NCBI GenBank assembly: GCA_050952225.1
Contig: JBMNKL010000001.1
Location: 494,589-558,588 of the forward strand
Source of the DNA: Acetivibrionales bacterium
Lineage (GTDB): Bacteria; Bacillota; Clostridia; Acetivibrionales; DTU013
Direction of reading: 5' to 3'
DNA length: 64,000 nt
A model generated the notes under the pieces. That model had not been told where the DNA came from and ran no database searches. It saw only the letters and a list, made by a program, of their open reading frames with translations. The position numbers and the translations under genes are program-made. This document shows positions 39,188 through 49,224 of the stretch, piece by piece; positions within the stretch are counted from its first letter, which is position 1, and each line of letters starts with the position of its first letter.

Positions 39188-40046
39188 TTACTTTTTCTTA
39201 ACAGGAATCCAAATTTCACTGTAATAATTCTCGTCTTGGGTACCCTTGGGATAATCACACGCTGCAGTGTACATTTCAATGTTATAACTTGCCGCAATAT
39301 CATAATCCTTGCAATTTGGCAACCATTCCGAGTATATTTTGCTGTGCATATCTTGCAGGGCCTTCGGCATTGCGCCTCTGCAGGCAAAAACAGCCCAAGT
39401 GTGTTTCGGGATGGTCTTCGTGACGAAACCTTCCGGTACTTCCGCGGATGGGTCATAATTGTCCGCAATCAAATATTCAAATTTGTCCGGATCGGCGCCC
39501 TCATCAAGGCATATGCCGTACATTCCGCAGATAATGCTTCCTTTCCCTGTCTGGAAATGCTCCGTCCAAAACTGAGGAATCTCATCTTTTGCCGTGTCAT
39601 GCCTGAACATCCTCGAGACGCCAATGACTGTAAACTGATCCTTTTCAACAATTTTGTAATCCATAAGATAACCGCCTTCCAATCTGAATTTTATCTTTAA
39701 CGGCGCAAACGATTTAATCATAGCTCCATCCTTGCGCACGGCGGTAGGAGTGACACCGTGAAACCGGGTGAAAGCTTTCGTAAAGCTATCCGGTGAATCA
39801 TAACCATACTTCAGGGCTATATCAATGATTTTCTTATCGGTTGAAACAAGCTCACTGCCGGCAAGTGCGAGCCTGCGTTGCCTGATATACTCACCAACCG
39901 AAAAGCCGCAGAGCATGGCAAAACCTTTTTGAAAATAAAACGGGGAAACAAATGCACGCTTTGCGATGTCTTCTCATATCCAGTTCTTCCGTTATATTTT
40001 CTTCGATATACCTGATAGCTTCGGAAATCCCTTCAATCCACCTCAC
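39188..40046 (-). pseudogene. AraC-family regulator with a GyrI-like effector-binding domain, 1-nt frameshift near 39975
   Basis: GTG start at 40046 with a GGAGG RBS. WIEGISEAIRYIEENITEELD reads on as EDIAKRAFVSPFYFQKGFAMLCGFSVGEY only after skipping one base. Total length is 859 nt (3n+1). Confidence 0.75.
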
Positions 40047-40402
40047 ATCACTGCCTCCTCTCCGCATTCACATCTTATCAGAACACATGCGCCCACACCC
40101 GATTTTTTATGTCCTGTTTTGTCCGGAAATGTTACCAGGCCCGGGAATTATGAAATATAGAAAATCTTTCCATGTAACCTTAATTATATATTATTAAAAT
40201 ACTAATTTCCAATTATAATCATAGGCAACTAAATGGACTGTTCTATTGATTAAGCAAAAGCAGAATGTTATATTTAGGTAAAGAATGGGAAGTTTGTTGG
40301 TATGACAATAGTGACCTGCGTGTTAAGATAGATTATAGCGGTTTGGCAGATATCGACAGTAAGACTAAGATAAAACGAATAATAAGGTAAGGTGATTGTA
40401 CC

Positions 40403-41041
40403 ATGATGAAGCAAAACGCTGTTGTATTGTTCCAAGGAGACAGCATAACGGATTGGGGGCGTGACCGCAACGATTACTACAGCCTGGGCACGGGATACGC
40501 AATGATGTGCGGGGCCTGGATAAACTCATTGTATCCCGAGTTGAACATAACATTCCTTAACAGGGGTATCGGCGGAAACAGGGTTAAAGACCTGGAAAGC
40601 CGGTGGCAGAGGGATTGTATTGATCTTAAGCCGGATGTTGTTTCCATATTGATTGGTATAAATGACACATGGAGAAGGTTCGACAATAATGATCCTACGC
40701 CGGTCGAAAACTTTGAAGCGTCATACAGGAGCATTCTCACCGAAGTGAAGGAGAAAACCAGTGCGCAACTTATCATCTGCGAACCGTTTCTGCTTCCCGT
40801 CACGGAGGAGCAGAAGAAGTTCTGGCGCGAAGACCTTGACCCGAAGATTAACGCGGCAAGAACCCTTGCAATGGAGTTCGGAGCCATTTATATACCGTTC
40901 GACGGAGTATTCGCCGCAGCATGCATGAAGCAGCCGCCATCCTACTGGGCGGCAGACGGCGTACATCCTACACCAGCGGGCTTCGCCCTGATGAGCAGGC
41001 ACTGGATCGCTGCTTTTGAGGAGCTGTTGCGGAGAGATTAA
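40403..41041 (+). CDS. SGNH/GDSL-family hydrolase
   Basis: Block I FQGDSITD, block II GIGGN, block III LIGINDTW, block V DGVHPT. Confidence 0.8.
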   Translation: MMKQNAVVLFQGDSITDWGRDRNDYYSLGTGYAMMCGAWINSLYPELNITFLNRGIGGNRVKDLESRWQRDCIDLKPDVVSILIGINDTWRRFDNNDPTPVENFEASYRSILTEVKEKTSAQLIICEPFLLPVTEEQKKFWREDLDPKINAARTLAMEFGAIYIPFDGVFAAACMKQPPSYWAADGVHPTPAGFALMSRHWIAAFEELLRRD

Positions 41042-41293
41042 GGGACAATGAACAAGGAGAGATGAGTTTATGGAAAAAGCGATGGAATACATAAAGAAAG
41101 ACGGTGCCAAGGCAAAAGTCATTAAAATTGATATTGAGCATTTGACAGGAAAGGCGAGAAAGCCCTTGTGTCATTTTATCGAGCTTTTCTGGTCCTGTTT
41201 CTACGTGTGCCAACTTTTAATTCTATTGACAAATTGGAAAACATATGGAAGAATACTATACAAGTGAGCATGCATAAGAGCCTGAGGCTTGAG

Positions 41294-41370
41294 CTGCATG
41301 GAGGCATGAAGCCTTACACGTGGATGTTATACCCCGCGGAGTCACGAAAAAGTGATTTCCGTGGGGTTTT
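41294..41370 (+). repeat. 77-nt duplicated element, copy B
   Basis: CTGCATGGAGGCATGAAGCCTTACACGTGGATGTTATACCCCGCGGAGTCACGAAAAAGTGATTTCCGTGGGGTTTT. Preceded by TTGACA at 41226 and followed 45 nt later by the GNAT reading frame. Confidence 0.8.
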
Positions 41371-41414
41371 GCATTTAAAGGGCATGCCGGAGTACGGCAA
41401 CAGGTCGGATTAAG

Positions 41415-41873
41415 ATGATAAGGACGGCGATGAAAATTATGAAAACTCTGGAAACAGAGCGCTTGATTTTGCGGCCATTTGAGGAAACAGATTTTGAAGC
41501 GGTCCACGCTTATGCAAGCGTTGTCGGGAATGTTCGGTATGTGTTTTGGGGGCCGCATGATAAATCTCAAACCAGGGCATTTATTTCGCAGGCTATTGCG
41601 AGATCAAAGGAAAACCCATGTAAAGATTATCAATTTGCTGCTGTTCTAAAATCAGGCAAAAAGCTTATAGGCGCATGCAATTTAACGATTGCGGGAGAGG
41701 ATGAAGCGGTAATCGGCTGGATTTTACACAGGGACTACTGCCTGCCGGCTTCTTGCGCCGGTCATTCGTGCGCATGGGATGAAAAAGGTATTGATAACCA
41801 ACGATCCAGCCAACATAGCTTCCAGGCGCACATGTGAAAAGCTTGGCGCAAGGTTCATCCGTATGGCGCGCTT
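41415..41873 (+). pseudogene. RimJ/RimL-type GNAT acetyltransferase, internally deleted or frameshifted
   Basis: LETERLILRPFEETDFEAVHAYAS N-terminus. The acetyl-CoA-binding core is missing or out of frame after GWILHRDY. The C-terminal NIASRRTCEKLGARF lies in another frame (ORF 41779...). Confidence 0.65.
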
Positions 41874-42408
41874 GCCCGGGGGGCATGACCTTTCAGACAA
41901 ACAAAAGCGTGTTCAATCAATAATGGCAGAAAAACCTTCAAACCTCCATTATATACCCGTGGATTTTACAGAAGATGGTTGGGAGCTTAAATTAACTGCT
42001 TGCCCGGTATTTGAGCAAAATAAAATCAGTTTCTGCAGTTTGCTTGGGATGTGTTACTATTTACCCAAACAGACCTTTACCAGGATGATTAGTATTATTT
42101 TAAATATTGTTCCAAAAGGCAGCAGCATTGTTTTTGATTACCCGGATGAAGATACCTATACCTCAAAAGCAGGAGAACGGATCAAAAAGCAAGTAGCAAT
42201 GGCTGCCGCGGCAAATGAAAAGATGCTTGCGGGTTACTCTTATTTGGAGCTGGAGCAATTATTGGGTGATAGTAATTTCCTGATTTATGAACACTTAACG
42301 CCAAAACAGATAACAGAGCAATTCTTTGAGAAATATAATCAATCCAATCCACAGCATCCCATAACAGCTTTTGATAATGTGAATTATTGTCTGGCGGTGA
42401 AGGGATAG
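41874..42408 (+). pseudogene. C-terminal fragment of a class I SAM-dependent (LCMT/O-methyltransferase-like) methyltransferase, fused in frame to the GNAT remnant
   Basis: HYIPVDFTEDGW...SLLGMCYYLPKQTF...GSSIVFDYP resembles the distal half of the family. The SAM-binding N-terminal half is absent. Confidence 0.5.
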
Positions 42409-42704
42409 GGGTGGTTAATTCTCTTAAGGTATTTGTATTCTAGGGGGAAACACTGAATGAATAATGTGGAGGAGTACTGCAATTTCGAGTATGATGAATG
42501 TTTTCGGGGTTTCCGGTGAAAACTGTACGTATTATGGCCACTGAAGGCTTGGGAGCCATGTGTGAAGATTCATTAATGCAGTTGCCGGAGAAAGATTTCA
42601 TGGAATGGGTGGATCTTCTCTATAAAATATCTGAAAATAAAGTAATTTGGGGTTCGTGTGAACACTTGCTGTATGTTGGAATTAAGGCTCCCTGGTTTTA
42701 AGAA

Positions 42705-42932
42705 ATGATGACCCTGACTATACAATTCCCGGCAAGCGGATATATCTTTCCCGGCCGGTTGATTGTTAAAGCCGAATACCGAAACCGTGGTATAGGCGGC
42801 ATTATTACAAGTTATTTGATTGATTACGCAAAACGGCTCGGATACGAAGAAATATCCGAAGGCTTTACAAATGTGATTTTAGAGGGGGAGGATGAATACG
42901 GCAAATATGTGAAACTATTGAGGAAGTTATGA
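42705..42932 (+). pseudogene. GNAT acetyltransferase fragment (75 codons)
   Basis: VKAEYRNRGIGGIITSYLIDYAKRLGYEEI is the motif A (R/Q-x-x-G-x-G/A) region only. Confidence 0.5.
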
Positions 42933-43038
42933 TAATAAGCTTAAAATATATGATATTTGTTTAATTTGTTGTAAAATAGAGGTATATTGCACGGATTAGC
43001 AGATACTATGAATAATACGGCAAGAGAGGATTTGTCTA

Positions 43039-43257
43039 ATGAAATCCAATAAGAGAATTTGGATTGACATATTAATTTTAGTTGTACCAGTGATTATAAT
43101 GATTTTGCTGACGCCTGTTTTACCGGAAAAGGTCCCTATTCAATGGAATTTCAGCGGCGGCGTAAACAGGTATATTGACAGGAAGTATGCGTTTCTTTTA
43201 GGATTAATACCATTTGTGTTATACGAACTTTTTAAATTCAGGTATGGAAAAAGATAA
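43039..43257 (+). CDS. Small DUF1648/SdpI-N-terminal-like membrane protein (possibly truncated)
   Basis: TM helix, then LPEKVPIQWNFSGGVNRY, then a second TM helix. 72 aa. Confidence 0.4.
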   Translation: MKSNKRIWIDILILVVPVIIMILLTPVLPEKVPIQWNFSGGVNRYIDRKYAFLLGLIPFVLYELFKFRYGKR

Positions 43258-43353
43258 ATAATCACAGACCTATGTGATTATAAAACAAACTCTTTCCCTC
43301 CCCGGCTCCGCTTACCCTTACCCTTAAACCTTACCCCTTGAACCTGTTTAAGC

Positions 43354-43413
43354 GGAACATGTTTATTTGCAAAGGAACGACTTTATTTGCAATGGAACGA
43401 GTTTATTTGATGT
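43354..43413 (+). repeat. 3 x 20-nt tandem direct repeat
   Basis: GGAACATGTTTATTTGCAAA / GGAACGACTTTATTTGCAAT / GGAACGAGTTTATTTGATGT, head to tail, between convergent genes. Confidence 0.85.
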
Positions 43414-43434
43414 TTACAACCTTAACGGCGGTGG

Positions 43435-43917
43435 TCAAGGGTTTGTGTAGTCCTTGACCATAAGCGCCCTGACGTAGCCCCTGTCCTTGGTGGTGGAGTC
43501 TATGTAGAATCCCCTGTCGTAGTAGAACCTTACCAGGTCACGGTACTTGGAAGCGGTATGCAGGGTTGCCTTTTTAACGCCCTTTTCGATTAGCAGTTTA
43601 TCAACCAGGCTCATGATTGATTTTCCGACACCTATATTGCGGTAGCCGGGTATAACGCCGAAACGGCTGATGTAGGCCGTATTATCAGGTAATATCCTGA
43701 CCCTGACACTGCCCACGGCAATGCCGTCTATGAGCGCTATGTATACCTCGCTGTTTTTTATGTCATCGACAATGTCTTCACTTGTTTCTTCAAGGGCTTC
43801 CATGGAACCTGTAATGCCCGTATCTTTCTTGTATTTTTTAAACGCTTCCCGCATGATTTCCTGGATGGCGGGAGCGTCTTCAGGCACTGCTTTCCTTATT
43901 ATAAATGAATAATTCAA
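43435..43917 (-). CDS. GNAT-family N-acetyltransferase (intact, 160 aa)
   Basis: Motif A PGYRNIGVGKSIMSLV and overall GNAT length. Confidence 0.8.
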   Translation of the reverse strand: MNYSFIIRKAVPEDAPAIQEIMREAFKKYKKDTGITGSMEALEETSEDIVDDIKNSEVYIALIDGIAVGSVRVRILPDNTAYISRFGVIPGYRNIGVGKSIMSLVDKLLIEKGVKKATLHTASKYRDLVRFYYDRGFYIDSTTKDRGYVRALMVKDYTNP

Positions 43918-43944
43918 GTTTCTTCACCCTACTTCCGTGTATCA

Positions 43945-44862
43945 TTATCCCATAAGCGTGACCATGATAGCTTTTTGGACATGCAGCCTGTTTTCGGCCT
44001 CATCAAATACGTATGAATTGGGGCCGTCAATTACGCCTTCCGTAACTTCCATATCCCTGTAAGCCGGCAGGCAATGCAGGAACATTGCATCTTCTTTAGC
44101 CAATGAGAACAGCTTCTCATTTACCTGGTACGGTAAAAATGTCTTCAGGCGTACTTCTTTTTCGCCTTCCTGTCCCATACTTACCCATGTATCGGTATAA
44201 ACAACATCCGCGTCTTTAACGGCTTCTTCAGGATCGGTTGTAATAACCACCTTACTGCCCGTTTTTTTCGCGGCGGATTTCGCCTGTTCGATAATTGTGC
44301 CGTCACAGCCGTAATTTTCGGGTGTGGCTACATATATATCAACGCCTGTTTTCGCACAGCCTTGCAGCAGCGAGTTGGCCACATTGTTGCCGTCACCGGT
44401 ATAGGCAAGCTTCAAGCCTTTAAGCTTTCCTTTTATCTCGTACACCGTAAACAAATCCGCGAGCACCTGGCACGGATGCATCAGGTCTGTAAGCCCGTTT
44501 ATTACCGGAACGTCACCGTACCTGGCGAGGTCTGCCACATCACTGTGTTTGAATGTCCTGATCATTATGCCATCGATATAACGCGAGAGCGTCTTTGCCG
44601 TGTCATGTATGGTTTCTCCGCGTCCCAGCTGGATGTCATTGGAGTTTAGATATATTGCGTATCCTCCGAGTTGATATATTCCTGTTTCAAAGGAAACTCT
44701 TGTCCTTGTGGATGACTTTGTAAAAATCATACCAAGCACTTTTCCTTTTAACAGGTGGTGTTCGATGCCTGCTTTCAATTCTTTCTTGAGCTTTGCCGCA
44801 AGAGTGAACAGGTCCTCTATTTCCTCAGGCGTCACATCGTTAAGGTCTATAAAATGTTTCAT
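43945..44862 (-). CDS. argF: Ornithine carbamoyltransferase
   Basis: STRTR, HPCQ and HCLP motifs. The start MKHFIDL at 44862 has a GGAAGGAG RBS (ORF track start 44943 would overlap carB). Confidence 0.9.
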   Translation of the reverse strand: MKHFIDLNDVTPEEIEDLFTLAAKLKKELKAGIEHHLLKGKVLGMIFTKSSTRTRVSFETGIYQLGGYAIYLNSNDIQLGRGETIHDTAKTLSRYIDGIMIRTFKHSDVADLARYGDVPVINGLTDLMHPCQVLADLFTVYEIKGKLKGLKLAYTGDGNNVANSLLQGCAKTGVDIYVATPENYGCDGTIIEQAKSAAKKTGSKVVITTDPEEAVKDADVVYTDTWVSMGQEGEKEVRLKTFLPYQVNEKLFSLAKEDAMFLHCLPAYRDMEVTEGVIDGPNSYVFDEAENRLHVQKAIMVTLMG

Positions 44863-44887
44863 TATTAGCAACTCCTTCCGATCCCAT

Positions 44888-47800
44888 TTAGTGGCTTTGC
44901 AAGCCTGCACTGTTTGAGTATTCGTCAAGCGCATATATTTCAAGGTCCGTATTCCCGGCCATGTGTTCCAGGACGTCTATAATCGCATTAATCGTGTCCA
45001 GCGACGTGATGCATGGAACGTTGTATTCCATGGAAGCCCTCCTGATATAGAATCCCAGCCTGCCCGGAACGCCGGTTTTTGCCGGCGTGCTTATGACCAG
45101 CGATACCTTGTCGCCCTTGATATGGTCGAGCACGCTATTTTCAGGCACCAATACGACAGGCAGTCCCGCATCTCTCAGGTAGTTATATGAGTCTTCAACG
45201 GCCATCAGCCGGAAGCCAAGCTTGTTAAGCCTTGATGATATTGCAATGCAATCCTCCCGGTCCCTCTCGCCTGTCGCAATCAATACGTTTCCACCTGAAG
45301 GAATCGATATACCGGATGCAAGAATGGCCTTGTACAACGCATGGCGAAAATCCCTGTCCACGCCCATTACCTCGCCCGTGGATTTCATTTCCGGCCCCAG
45401 GAAAGTATCAAGGGTTGTGAGCTTCGAGAATGAGAAAACCGGAGCTTTCACCGCGGTAAACGCGGGTTCCTTTGCCAGGCCCGGTTTATAGCCGAGATCC
45501 CGGAGCGTTTGGCCCATAATAAGCTTTGTTGCGACATTGACCATGGGAATGCCCGTTATTTTGCTCATGATGGGAATTGTCCGGCTCGCGCGCGGGTTGA
45601 CCTCGATAACGTATACCTTGTTGTTGGAATCTATAACGAACTGTATATTGAACAGTCCGACTATTTTAAGCGCTTTTGCCAGCCGGACGGCATAATCGGC
45701 AATCGTTTCCTTGATTTCCTGCGGGAGGGTATGGGGAGGATATACCGCTATGCTGTCGCCCGAATGCACGCCTGCCCTCTCTATATGCTCGAATATGCCG
45801 GGTATAAGCACCTCTTCACCGTCGCATATGCCATCCACTTCGGCTTCCTTGCCTTTTACATACTTGTCTATCAATACCGGGTGCCCGGTGGACAAGTCCA
45901 CCGCAATTTTCATATATTCTTCAAGCGCACTGTCATTGTAAACAATCTCCATGGCCCTTCCCCCGAGTACGTAGGAAGGCCTGACCAATACCGGGTACCC
46001 TATTTGGTTGGCGATAGCCTTGGCTTGTTCCACCGAGTACACAGCGCTACCTTCAGGTATCGGTATATTCAAGTCTTCGAGGAGCTTCAGGAATCTATCC
46101 CTGTCCTCGGCTATATCGATGCTCTCCACGGAAGTCCCCAATATCCTGACGCCTTCTTTTTGGAGATGGCCTGCAAGGTTTATGGCAGTCTGCCCGCCAA
46201 ACTGCACTACGACGCCCTCCGGGTTCTCCTTCTTTACTATATCCAGGACGCACTCCACGGTAAGAGGCTCAAAATAGAGCTTGTCGGCCGTGTCGAAGTC
46301 GGTGCTTACCGTCTCGGGATTGTTATTTATAATGATGGATTCTATGCCAAGCTCTTTCAGCGTTCTGACCGAGTGCACGCTGCAGTAGTCGAATTCTATG
46401 CCCTGGCCTATCCGTATCGGGCCGGAGCCGATGACCAGCACTTTCCTCCTGTCCGATACGACAACATCGTCCCGTTCTTCGTACGTGGAGTAATAGTAAG
46501 GAGTGGCAGCCTCAAATTCTCCGGCGCAGGTATCAACTATTTTATAAACGGGCTTTACGGGGTATTTTTCCCTGAGGTCAAGTATCGTGTCCAGCGGCAC
46601 GTTTACGAGGTTCGCAATGTAGGAGTCTCCGAACCCGATCTTTTTTGCGCGGATATAGAGGTCATAATCCAGCCATGCAATGCCGGCGTTTTTTATTTCC
46701 TCCGCAAGAAGCACGATATTTTGCAGCTTGCGGATAAAAAAGCTGTCTACCTTTGTCAGTTCGACTATTTTTTCAACCGAAACCCCTTTCTGAAGAGCCT
46801 TGAAAATGGCGAAAATCCTTTCATCCCGGGGGGATTTCAGTATTTCAAGCAACTCGTCGGTGGTCTTGTTGTCGAACAACTCGAGGCCAAGCTGATAGTT
46901 GAACTTGACGTCAAGCGAATCGATTGCTTTGAGCAGCGATTCCTCGAAAGTCCTGCCGATGGCCATTACTTCTCCCGTTGCTTTCATTTGCGTGCCAAGT
47001 GAACGGTCTGCCGAGGAAAACTTGTCAAAAGGCCAGCGGGGAACCTTCGTGACGACGTAGTCCACCGTAGGCTCAAAGCAGGCATATGTGCTCTGAGTGA
47101 CGGAATTGCGTATTTCGTCGAGGTTGAGGCCGATTGCTATTTTGGCTGCCACCCGGGCAATCGGATAGCCTGTGGCCTTGGAAGCAAGCGCACTTGAACG
47201 GCTGACCCTTGGATTTACCTCGATGACAACGTACTCCAGGCTGCTGGGGTTTAGTGCGAATTGAATATTGCAGCCGCCCTTTATTTCAAGAGCCCTGATT
47301 ATCTTGATGGAAGCGGTCCGAAGCATTTGATACTCAATGTCGGATAATGTCTGGCAGGGTGCCACTACAATACTGTCACCTGTATGGACGCCTACCGGAT
47401 CAAGATTTTCCATGCTGCAAATAATCAGGCAATTGTCGGCCCCGTCCCGCATCACTTCAAACTCTATTTCCTTCCAGCCCGCAACGCTTTGTTCGAGCAA
47501 GACCTGGTTTATCATGCTGAGCTTTAATCCCTTGCCGCAAATATATTTGAATTCTTCCATGTTGTTTGCGATTCCTCCGCCGGTCCCTCCAAGCGTATAC
47601 GCCGGGCGGATTATTACCGGGAAGCCCACTTTCTCCGCAAATGCGACGGCATCGTCAAGTTTATTGACTATGGTACTATGGGGCACTTTCTCGCCAATAC
47701 TTTTCATCGTTTCCTTAAATAGCTCCCTGTCCTCGGCCTTTCTTATGGACGTCCGGGAAGTGCCCAGAAGCTCAATTCCGGCGCGGTCAAGTATCCCGTC

Positions 47801-48112
47801 GTCGGACAACTGCATCGCCATATTCAGGCCTGTCTGCCCTCCAAGGGAAGCGAGTATGCCGTCCGGTTTTTCCCTTTCGATTATTTTTTTTAAAAAGTCC
47901 AGCGTAATCGGCTCGATATATATTCTATCCGCTGTTTCGCCGTCCGTCATGATGGTTGCAGGATTGCTGTTGACGAGAATGACCTCTATGCCTTCCTTTT
48001 TCAGCGATCTGCACGCCTGTGACCCCGAATAGTCAAATTCTGCCGCCTGCCCGATTATTATGGGGCCCGAACCGATTACGAGCACCTTTTTTATATCATT
48101 TCTTTTTGGCAT
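44888..48112 (-). CDS. carB: Carbamoyl-phosphate synthase large subunit
   Basis: [22 protein letters not shown], duplicated ATP-grasp halves, about 1074 aa. GGAGG RBS before the ATG at 48112. Confidence 0.95.
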   Translation of the reverse strand: MPKRNDIKKVLVIGSGPIIIGQAAEFDYSGSQACRSLKKEGIEVILVNSNPATIMTDGETADRIYIEPITLDFLKKIIEREKPDGILASLGGQTGLNMAMQLSDDGILDRAGIELLGTSRTSIRKAEDRELFKETMKSIGEKVPHSTIVNKLDDAVAFAEKVGFPVIIRPAYTLGGTGGGIANNMEEFKYICGKGLKLSMINQVLLEQSVAGWKEIEFEVMRDGADNCLIICSMENLDPVGVHTGDSIVVAPCQTLSDIEYQMLRTASIKIIRALEIKGGCNIQFALNPSSLEYVVIEVNPRVSRSSALASKATGYPIARVAAKIAIGLNLDEIRNSVTQSTYACFEPTVDYVVTKVPRWPFDKFSSADRSLGTQMKATGEVMAIGRTFEESLLKAIDSLDVKFNYQLGLELFDNKTTDELLEILKSPRDERIFAIFKALQKGVSVEKIVELTKVDSFFIRKLQNIVLLAEEIKNAGIAWLDYDLYIRAKKIGFGDSYIANLVNVPLDTILDLREKYPVKPVYKIVDTCAGEFEAATPYYYSTYEERDDVVVSDRRKVLVIGSGPIRIGQGIEFDYCSVHSVRTLKELGIESIIINNNPETVSTDFDTADKLYFEPLTVECVLDIVKKENPEGVVVQFGGQTAINLAGHLQKEGVRILGTSVESIDIAEDRDRFLKLLEDLNIPIPEGSAVYSVEQAKAIANQIGYPVLVRPSYVLGGRAMEIVYNDSALEEYMKIAVDLSTGHPVLIDKYVKGKEAEVDGICDGEEVLIPGIFEHIERAGVHSGDSIAVYPPHTLPQEIKETIADYAVRLAKALKIVGLFNIQFVIDSNNKVYVIEVNPRASRTIPIMSKITGIPMVNVATKLIMGQTLRDLGYKPGLAKEPAFTAVKAPVFSFSKLTTLDTFLGPEMKSTGEVMGVDRDFRHALYKAILASGISIPSGGNVLIATGERDREDCIAISSRLNKLGFRLMAVEDSYNYLRDAGLPVVLVPENSVLDHIKGDKVSLVISTPAKTGVPGRLGFYIRRASMEYNVPCITSLDTINAIIDVLEHMAGNTDLEIYALDEYSNSAGLQSH

Positions 48113-48145
48113 ATGATCCTCCATGGCTGTATGCTTAGTACATTG

Positions 48146-49201
48146 TCACATCGTTTCTATAAACCCGTCGAAAATATAATTTGCATCTCCCGGCCCTGCC
48201 GCTGTTTCTGGGTGGTACTGCACACCAAGCACGGGATATAATGTATGCCTGAAAGCTTCGACGGTGCCATCGTTGACGTTAACCTGCGTAATTTCCACAT
48301 CTCTGCATGTTTCTTTTTCAAGCACGTAATTATGGCTTTGGGATGTAATATAGCACCTGCCGGTGGTGTAATCCCTGACCGGGTGGTTTGCGCCATGATG
48401 TCCGAACTTTAGCTTGCAGGTATTACCCCCAAGAGCCAGTCCAAGGAGCAAATGTCCCAGACATATACCCAAAATAGGGAATTTGCCAATCAGTCTCTGA
48501 AGCAAGAGCTTTACTTCGGGCAAATCCTTGGGGTCGCCGGGCCCGTTGGATACCAGGATGCCGTCCGGTCTGCAGGAGATTATATCCTCATAGGACGATG
48601 TGGCCGGAAGTATATATATATCACAGTTTTTCATTTCCAGGTACCTTATGATTGAATACTTTACGCCCAAGTCAAGCAGAGCCACCCTTTTTCCGGTGCC
48701 TTTTATGTGTATCGGCTCCCTGGTGGTTACCTCCATTACAAGATTGCGAGGTTCCTGTTTCTTTGCCCTGAGCCTTTCCAGCAATACATCGACGTTGCCG
48801 CACTCGGTGGAAATAATACCGTACATACTTCCGTGCTCACGTATATGCTGAGTCAGCGCCCGCGTATCTATGCCCTTCAGTCCGACTATCTTGTTTTTCC
48901 TGAAGTACTCGTCCGTTCCAATCGAACAACGCCAGTTATTGGGGTGCTCACAAAGCTCTTTTACAATAAAGCCCTGCACATGTGTTTTATATGATTCAAC
49001 ATCCTCATCGTTGAACCCGTAGTTCCCTATAAGAGGGTATGTCATTGCAACTATCAGTCCGTTGTATGACGGGTCGGTGATTATTTCCTGGTAACCTGTC
49101 ATGCAAGTATTGAAAACTACCTCGCCGACGGTCTCCCCTTCGTGTCCGAAACCTTCTCCCGGGAAATATGTCCCGTCCTCAAGCACCAATACTGATTTCA
49201 T
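48146..49201 (-). CDS. carA: Carbamoyl-phosphate synthase small (glutaminase) subunit
   Basis: LVLEDGTYFPGEGFG N-terminus, GICLGHLLL catalytic Cys region, HP.E triad end. Confidence 0.9.
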   Translation of the reverse strand: MKSVLVLEDGTYFPGEGFGHEGETVGEVVFNTCMTGYQEIITDPSYNGLIVAMTYPLIGNYGFNDEDVESYKTHVQGFIVKELCEHPNNWRCSIGTDEYFRKNKIVGLKGIDTRALTQHIREHGSMYGIISTECGNVDVLLERLRAKKQEPRNLVMEVTTREPIHIKGTGKRVALLDLGVKYSIIRYLEMKNCDIYILPATSSYEDIISCRPDGILVSNGPGDPKDLPEVKLLLQRLIGKFPILGICLGHLLLGLALGGNTCKLKFGHHGANHPVRDYTTGRCYITSQSHNYVLEKETCRDVEITQVNVNDGTVEAFRHTLYPVLGVQYHPETAAGPGDANYIFDGFIETM

Positions 49202-49224
49202 CTCTTTACTCCTAACCTAAAGCT

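Noticed and set aside
38950-39468. 172-aa minus-strand ORF overlapping the GyrI-like gene region
   Set aside because: It is an Arg/Lys/Cys-rich alternative frame of the AraC/GyrI gene and its terminator region. It shows no motif and conflicts with a well-supported gene.
45509-47002. 497-aa ORF on the plus strand
   Set aside because: It lies entirely antisense to carB, whose identity is unambiguous. Its composition is Tyr/Phe/Arg-rich and typical of a shadow frame, and it has no RBS.
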